From Fibrobacterota bacterium (GTDB taxonomy: Bacteria; Fibrobacterota; Fibrobacteria; UBA11236): a stretch of DNA of 10,407 nt. Location: contig JAYUVP010000073.1 in the NCBI GenBank assembly GCA_043753995.1, forward strand, positions 1-10,407, written 5' to 3'. The first letter of the stretch is position 1; every line of letters begins with the position of its first letter. A program made the translations under genes and the position numbers. Positions 5,840-10,407 of the stretch are shown here, piece by piece. The notes beneath the pieces were generated by a model. The model had not been told where the DNA came from, did no database searches, and saw only the letters and a program-made list of their open reading frames with translations.

Positions 5840-8821
5840 TCACATGCGCTTGCGGATATACAGCTCGGGAGCAGCGCTGCCCACGGCTTCCCGTGAATTG
5901 AATAAAACCAGGGATTTGCTGTCCGTGTTCACCGCCTTCAAGGCGAAAGTCACGGAGGTTTTACCCGCCAACTTTTGGGCCGTCACATAATCGCTCACGC
6001 TGATGGTAAACCATTCGGCTTTGCTCGAAGAGACTTCAATAGTATCCAGCGCCGAGGCTGTATCGCTCGGAAAATTGGAATTCTTCAAAGCCGTCTCCGT
6101 CCAGGACGTGTCTGAAACTGGATAAACCGCCACCTTGGCCGTCACCGTGTCGGTAGCGCTTAATGCTCCATAAAGCCTAAGCTGGGCAAAGAGCACACTG
6201 TCGACCTTGGCCAGGGAAAAATTGATCAAAGACTTATAGATATTGCCTTTGTCAGCCGTGCCCGAACCGTGAACAATCAAGGTGTTCGTCTTAGGATAGT
6301 TGGTGTTCGCGTATTTCGTTCCGTCACGGGTCAGTCCGTCCTTGGACGGGCTGACATTGCGGTACTTGGTCGTGTCCTGAACATAAACCGTAAGCACTTG
6401 ATTGCAGGTCACGCCGGCTCGGTCCGTGGCCACTGCGAAATAGGTCGTATAGCCTTGCACGGTGTCTTTGACCGCCGTGGTTCTCACGGTATAGGGCAAG
6501 GTCGTTTTCGTAGCTATGCTGTCTAGCGAAGTCGAGAAGAACACGCTGACTACGTCGGAGGCGCCATCCAAATCGGTAACGCTGGCGGTCATGAACAGGC
6601 TATCCCCTTCATTCATCACGGTTCCGTCCACTAAACCCGAAACAGTCAATGTGGGCAAGAAATCACTGATGGAATCGACTTTGGGAATGTTGAATTTGGC
6701 CGTGTCGGTCTTGGCTGTATCGCCGCCATTCATGGCCAGACCGATATAGGTATTCGTCCCCAACGTCGGCAGGCTGACCTTGCCCAGCAAGGCCCAATTG
6801 GAACCCGTATTCGATAAATAGGCCGCCACAATCTTGCCTTTGCGAATAAGCCTTACACCGTAATTAGTCGAGGTCGGAGCGGTAAATTTTGTGGCGACGG
6901 AAGCACCATAGGTAGCCCTAGCCAAAAATTGGGCCGAACGATCTGCTCCCAAGCTGAGAAAGGCCATACGGCTTCCCACCCCGAGGGAATCACGAATCAT
7001 CAGACCTCTCAAATCATTCGCATTGATGTCCGGAATGGTTAGCATCTGGGCGGAGATGCCGCCGTCGCCGCTGAGTGTCTTATAGGTGAATTGCATTTCG
7101 TCGGCTTTACCTTCGGACAAAGGCGTTTTACTCGTCATATTCCAACTGGTTTGATGCGTTATGGAGTCCGTGACTTTCTTTAGCTTTCCATTCCAACCTT
7201 TTGAGCCGATATAAGCTTCTTTCCATGGAGCCAAGACCGTGGAATCGGTAAAGACGGTCACCGCCGCCGAGGTGTCGATCAAACCACCCCCGTCATAAGC
7301 GCGAACGGTCAAGACTTTCGTGCCGGCCGTGGCAGCGGTCCAATTGTAGAGATACGGAAATGCGATCACCTTGCCCAGTCGAGTGGAACCACTGTAAAAG
7401 ACCACGCTATCTAACCCTTCGTCGTCACTCACCGTCGCTCGAATCATGAGATTCGTGCCCCCGAAGGCCGAGCAGTCTACGGGAAAGGAAATGGCTGCCA
7501 CGGGTACGGAATTCGTGCCTCCAAAGCCGGCGGCAACTTTGCCGGTGGCCATGAGGGTGGCCGCCGCATTGGCCGTGGCTGAACCCAATGCCTTGCCTTG
7601 ATAGGTGACGGCGGGATTGGAAAAGTACGGGAGTATGGAAGTCGCGGCAGTCGCCATCTGCGTCCCATACATCGTGGTGTCACCTTTCATTTTCAAGGTG
7701 AAGGCATAGGGCATTTTCCCCACGCCCTTTAGCTTGGCTTTGGTTGCTGTCTTGTTGTCAGTGAGCAAACCCAAATTGCAGCCTAGCGCTTTGGCCAAAC
7801 CGTATTGGCCTAGTTCCAAGGCTCTTCGGGAGACGACGTTGTAGGCGTAATTTGAGAAGCTGTCCACGGCCACTTTCATTTGATAAGAGGTGCCACTGAC
7901 GCTTCCGGCCAAACTATCGACTATCAGCAAAACGATATCCGCGCTATGCGCCGAGCGCAGGGTTTGCGCCGTGTCTAGTTTGCCGTCGCCGCTGGTTTTG
8001 AGCCGCACCAACTCGCTGTCCGAAGAATGATGCTCGGTATAGGTGATTTTGGCGGTATGAGCGACATGTAAGGCCAGGTCTACTTTGCTGTTGGTTAAGA
8101 GATTATTGGTTTCCGCGATGGCGGCTGTGATCTTGGCCTCCAGCAGGCTATCGCTGCCCGCTCCCGTCCCAGCGGAGGCGGTATAGAGGACTTGCAGCTC
8201 AAGAGTGCGCGTCGCCTGGGTCAGCGAGGTCTTGGCCAAAGCCAATTCTGGGGGAGTCGGACCGGACATTTCCGGGGTTTCCACCTCGGTGGCCAGGGGA
8301 AGTGTCAGGTCATTCAGTTGGCTCACACGATATTGGCCACGCGCGTCGCAGCTCACGCGAAAATTGCCGAGCGAACCGAGCCGGACAATACCACTCAAGA
8401 TATGCTGGGACAAAACCACCAGGAAGGTGCCGTCTTCATATCCCGCGACTTTGCCCGAAGCCACCACTCCGCCGGACTCCAGCCCCTTCACATCGTCCAC
8501 GGTAGCCATGAAGTCGGCCTCGACGAAAAAATTGAACGCGATATGGGAACCAGGATAATGAAGCGGGCTACGAGTGGGTTCGAAAAATACCGGATTCAGC
8601 GTGCCTGTCCCACTCTTTTCAACACCGCTCTCCCAAGTCCAGTCCTTAGATTCCGGCACCGTTGCCCCACCCAGAAAAAGGGGTACGGCATCGTCAAAAA
8701 CGGGCTTGCCTGCCGCCGGCGTTCCTTTGGAGTTGAATAGACATGCCGAAAGGGAGCCTGCTAATCCGGCGGCAATAAGGAAGTGCGAAATGTGAAGGTT
8801 TTTTAGAAAGCGCCCGTACAT
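5840..8821 (-). CDS. Multidomain lipoprotein, 993 aa: signal peptide II, prodomain-like region, degenerate reprolysin/M12B-like metzincin domain, Ig-like (Big_7-like), ConA/DUF1349-like beta-sandwich, Ig-like, C-terminal DNRLRE/CBM96-like domain
   Basis: Basic N-region, hydrophobic H-region and lipobox LSA-C (Cys27, codon 8743-8741). SD AGGGAG lies 5 nt before the ATG. Metzincin-like landmarks: LELQVLYT, LRSAHSADIVLLI, GTQMA, PYFSNPAVTYQG. Ig-like repeats: ATVSDDEGLDSVVFY...PYLYNW...LTVRAYDGGG and ASVTDLDG...VVSVFF...PYTV...AVATDRAG. ConA-like: FTYKTLSGDGGISA...GLMIRDSL...YIGLA. CBM96-like: ANTNY...INFSL...AQLRLYG...WTET...VSDYV...FNSREA...PEL. Confidence 0.85.
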   Translation of the reverse strand: MYGRFLKNLHISHFLIAAGLAGSLSACLFNSKGTPAAGKPVFDDAVPLFLGGATVPESKDWTWESGVEKSGTGTLNPVFFEPTRSPLHYPGSHIAFNFFVEADFMATVDDVKGLESGGVVASGKVAGYEDGTFLVVLSQHILSGIVRLGSLGNFRVSCDARGQYRVSQLNDLTLPLATEVETPEMSGPTPPELALAKTSLTQATRTLELQVLYTASAGTGAGSDSLLEAKITAAIAETNNLLTNSKVDLALHVAHTAKITYTEHHSSDSELVRLKTSGDGKLDTAQTLRSAHSADIVLLIVDSLAGSVSGTSYQMKVAVDSFSNYAYNVVSRRALELGQYGLAKALGCNLGLLTDNKTATKAKLKGVGKMPYAFTLKMKGDTTMYGTQMATAATSILPYFSNPAVTYQGKALGSATANAAATLMATGKVAAGFGGTNSVPVAAISFPVDCSAFGGTNLMIRATVSDDEGLDSVVFYSGSTRLGKVIAFPYLYNWTAATAGTKVLTVRAYDGGGLIDTSAAVTVFTDSTVLAPWKEAYIGSKGWNGKLKKVTDSITHQTSWNMTSKTPLSEGKADEMQFTYKTLSGDGGISAQMLTIPDINANDLRGLMIRDSLGVGSRMAFLSLGADRSAQFLARATYGASVATKFTAPTSTNYGVRLIRKGKIVAAYLSNTGSNWALLGKVSLPTLGTNTYIGLAMNGGDTAKTDTAKFNIPKVDSISDFLPTLTVSGLVDGTVMNEGDSLFMTASVTDLDGASDVVSVFFSTSLDSIATKTTLPYTVRTTAVKDTVQGYTTYFAVATDRAGVTCNQVLTVYVQDTTKYRNVSPSKDGLTRDGTKYANTNYPKTNTLIVHGSGTADKGNIYKSLINFSLAKVDSVLFAQLRLYGALSATDTVTAKVAVYPVSDTSWTETALKNSNFPSDTASALDTIEVSSSKAEWFTISVSDYVTAQKLAGKTSVTFALKAVNTDSKSLVLFNSREAVGSAAPELYIRKRM

Positions 8822-9004
8822 GCGGACTCCCTGGATAAACAGCTATTCAGAAGCCGCGTTATGCGTTATCGATACTGGACCTGGCGAGGAATGGCGTCAA
8901 AGAGTTTGGCGGTTAAATCGCAGAACTGCTGAATATGCTCCAGCGAATCATGAAAGGACTCTAAATGCGCTTTAGGAAACTAATTTGCCTGTTTCGGTCT
9001 TTTC

Positions 9005-9081
9005 GTCCTCGTAGCTCAGCTGGATAGAGCAGCGGTTTCCTAAACCGTTGGCCGGCAGTTCAATTCTGCCCGAGGACACCA
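9005..9081 (+). tRNA. tRNA-Arg, anticodon CCT (reads AGG), 77 nt with encoded CCA
   Basis: Acceptor stem GTCCTCG/CGAGGAC + A-CCA; D arm GCTC-AGCTGGATA-GAGC; anticodon arm GCGGT-TT-CCT-AA-ACCGT (anticodon 9039-9041); T arm GGCAG-TTCAATT-CTGCC. Confidence 0.98.
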
Positions 9082-9202
9082 TTATTTGATTTTCATTTAT
9101 CCGCGGCAATTCCCAAAAAGCCGCACCCTTGACCTTTCTCAGCCGGGTCTATGCCCCCCTAGCCTCAACTCTTCCGGCTATTTTTACAACTGAGATAGAG
9201 CA

Positions 9203-9409
9203 ATGAACTCCCCAGAACAAATCCAAGAACTCGCAGCTTCCCTGACGGATCTTCATGGTTCTGTAAGCAAGCTGATTGCCGTTTTGCAAGCCAATGCCCA
9301 TCGACTCGAAGAGGCACCCAGCCTTATGGACAAACTGCCCTTGCTTGACTTCTATAATGACGATTTGAAGCGCAATATCGAAGCGTTGCGCTCAACCTAT
9401 CCCGACTGA
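9203..9409 (+). CDS. Small hypothetical protein, 68 aa, predicted two amphipathic helices
   Basis: ATG start, fills an otherwise empty gap, protein-like composition with heptad-spaced Leu/Ile (IQELAASLTDLHGSVSKLIAVLQ; LDFYNDDLKRNIEALRS). The SD is weak (GAG). Overlaps the convergent gene by 13 nt. Confidence 0.6.
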   Translation: MNSPEQIQELAASLTDLHGSVSKLIAVLQANAHRLEEAPSLMDKLPLLDFYNDDLKRNIEALRSTYPD

Positions 9410-10407
9410 GGGCTGACTAAGACCGGAAATTTATCGGTTGTCGGCTTTTCCGAGGCAGGTTTTTCATTAGGAGGCGTCACCGTTAGGCGCAACCTCTCCA
9501 TTTTCTGCCCGTTCATTTGCAATACTTCAAAGACAAAATTTCGATGACGAATCACCGCACCTTGTTCTGGCACCTTGCCGTGAATGTAGAGGACAAAGCC
9601 GCCTAAAGTATCGATTTCCACAGCCTCATCATCCGGGGTCAATTCAATTTCCAATTGCTTACCGATATCATCCAAGGAAGCAATCGGGTCGATTTCATAA
9701 ACCCCTTCGCCGACGATATTGATTTTCAAGTCTTCAGTTTCGTCCTCATCGTGAATTTCGCCCACGATTTCCTCAAGAATATCTTCCAAGGTCACTATGC
9801 CCGCCGTGCCACCATATTCATCGACGACCACGGCCATATGGGCATGCTTTTGCCGGAATTCGCGCATGAGATCTCCGATTTTCTTCGTGCGCGGCACGAA
9901 ATAGGCCTCACGCAAGAATTCGGAAATGCGAAAGCTCTCGGGTGGGCCGCGGCGATCGAGGCCCATCAAGTCCATCACATGCAAGATCCCTTGAATATGG
10001 TCCATGTCACCGTCATAAACGGGGATGCGGCTGAACTTTTCGTGGGTAATGCAGTCCATCACCTCTTGCCAGCTCGCACGCAAATCCAAGGCTACCACAT
10101 CCACCCGCGGAGTCATGACTTCCTTGGCCTGCGTTTCCCGCAAATCGAAAATGGAGCGTATCATCTCCTTTTCGTCTTCCTTGAGGCCACTGCGGTCGGA
10201 GTTTTCGTCTTCGGGTAAATGAAGCCCTAATTGCTGGATTTGATCCTTGCCCAAAAAGCTGAGCTTGGGATCAAAGCCCAGGCGCTTCAACAAAAGGTCG
10301 TTCAGCTTGGCGAGGGCTTCGCCAATAGCCCCCATGAGGAAAAAACGGTAAAGGCGCAACAAGATTAAGGCTGGCCCACCCAACCTATGGGCGAATGCTT
10401 GGGAGAG
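9397..10407 (-). CDS. HlyC/CorC (hemolysin/CNNM-type) family protein with a CBS pair and C-terminal CorC_HlyC domain; 5'-truncated by the window edge
   Basis: Motifs [77 protein letters not shown]...GKVP. The frame stays open past 10383 to the window end ([17 protein letters not shown]...), with a hydrophobic segment consistent with the end of a membrane domain. Confidence 0.92.
   Translation of the reverse strand, partial: LSQAFAHRLGGPALILLRLYRFFLMGAIGEALAKLNDLLLKRLGFDPKLSFLGKDQIQQLGLHLPEDENSDRSGLKEDEKEMIRSIFDLRETQAKEVMTPRVDVVALDLRASWQEVMDCITHEKFSRIPVYDGDMDHIQGILHVMDLMGLDRRGPPESFRISEFLREAYFVPRTKKIGDLMREFRQKHAHMAVVVDEYGGTAGIVTLEDILEEIVGEIHDEDETEDLKINIVGEGVYEIDPIASLDDIGKQLEIELTPDDEAVEIDTLGGFVLYIHGKVPEQGAVIRHRNFVFEVLQMNGQKMERLRLTVTPPNEKPASEKPTTDKFPVLVSPQSG

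Noticed and set aside
8192..8795. + strand ORFs (182, 117, 67 and 73 aa) opposite the lipoprotein gene
   Set aside because: They are antisense shadows with no independent coding signal.
9103..9124. GCGGC/GCCGC inverted repeat after the tRNA as an intrinsic terminator
   Set aside because: The stem is only 5 bp with a 12-nt loop and no immediate U-tract, which is too weak to call.
5367..9409. Lipoprotein gene as a genomic island integrated at tRNA-Arg(CCT)
   Set aside because: No integrase or transposase is present, I found no duplicate of the tRNA 3' end in the window, and the gene lies on the 5' side of the tRNA.
9655..10222. 187-aa and 65-aa + strand ORFs opposite the CorC-family gene
   Set aside because: They are antisense shadows of a conserved CBS-domain gene.

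Overview
Bacterial chromosomal window of mostly housekeeping genes with one unusual accessory gene. Left to right: 5'-truncated guanylate kinase (gmk) and an EamA/DMT transporter on the + strand. They converge on a minus-strand purL-purQ operon (FGAM synthase), whose ~1000-aa PurL carries a fused PurS-like N-terminal extension. Next come a ~470-bp intergenic region containing a GC-rich multi-hairpin purL leader and an AT-rich core, then a 993-aa minus-strand lipoprotein, a divergent tRNA-Arg(CCT), a 68-aa orphan ORF, and a 5'-truncated HlyC/CorC (CBS + CorC_HlyC) gene. The lipoprotein has a reprolysin/M12B-like domain in which all three zinc-binding histidines and the catalytic Glu are replaced, followed by Ig-like, ConA/DUF1349-like, Ig-like and DNRLRE/CBM96-like modules. 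The two best candidates for undescribed biology are this pseudo-metalloprotease/glycan-binding lipoprotein and the purL leader, which can form mutually exclusive helices that hide or expose the Shine-Dalgarno. I see no integrase, transposase, att duplication or CRISPR array. All domain calls are from motif recognition by eye; no searches or folding were run.
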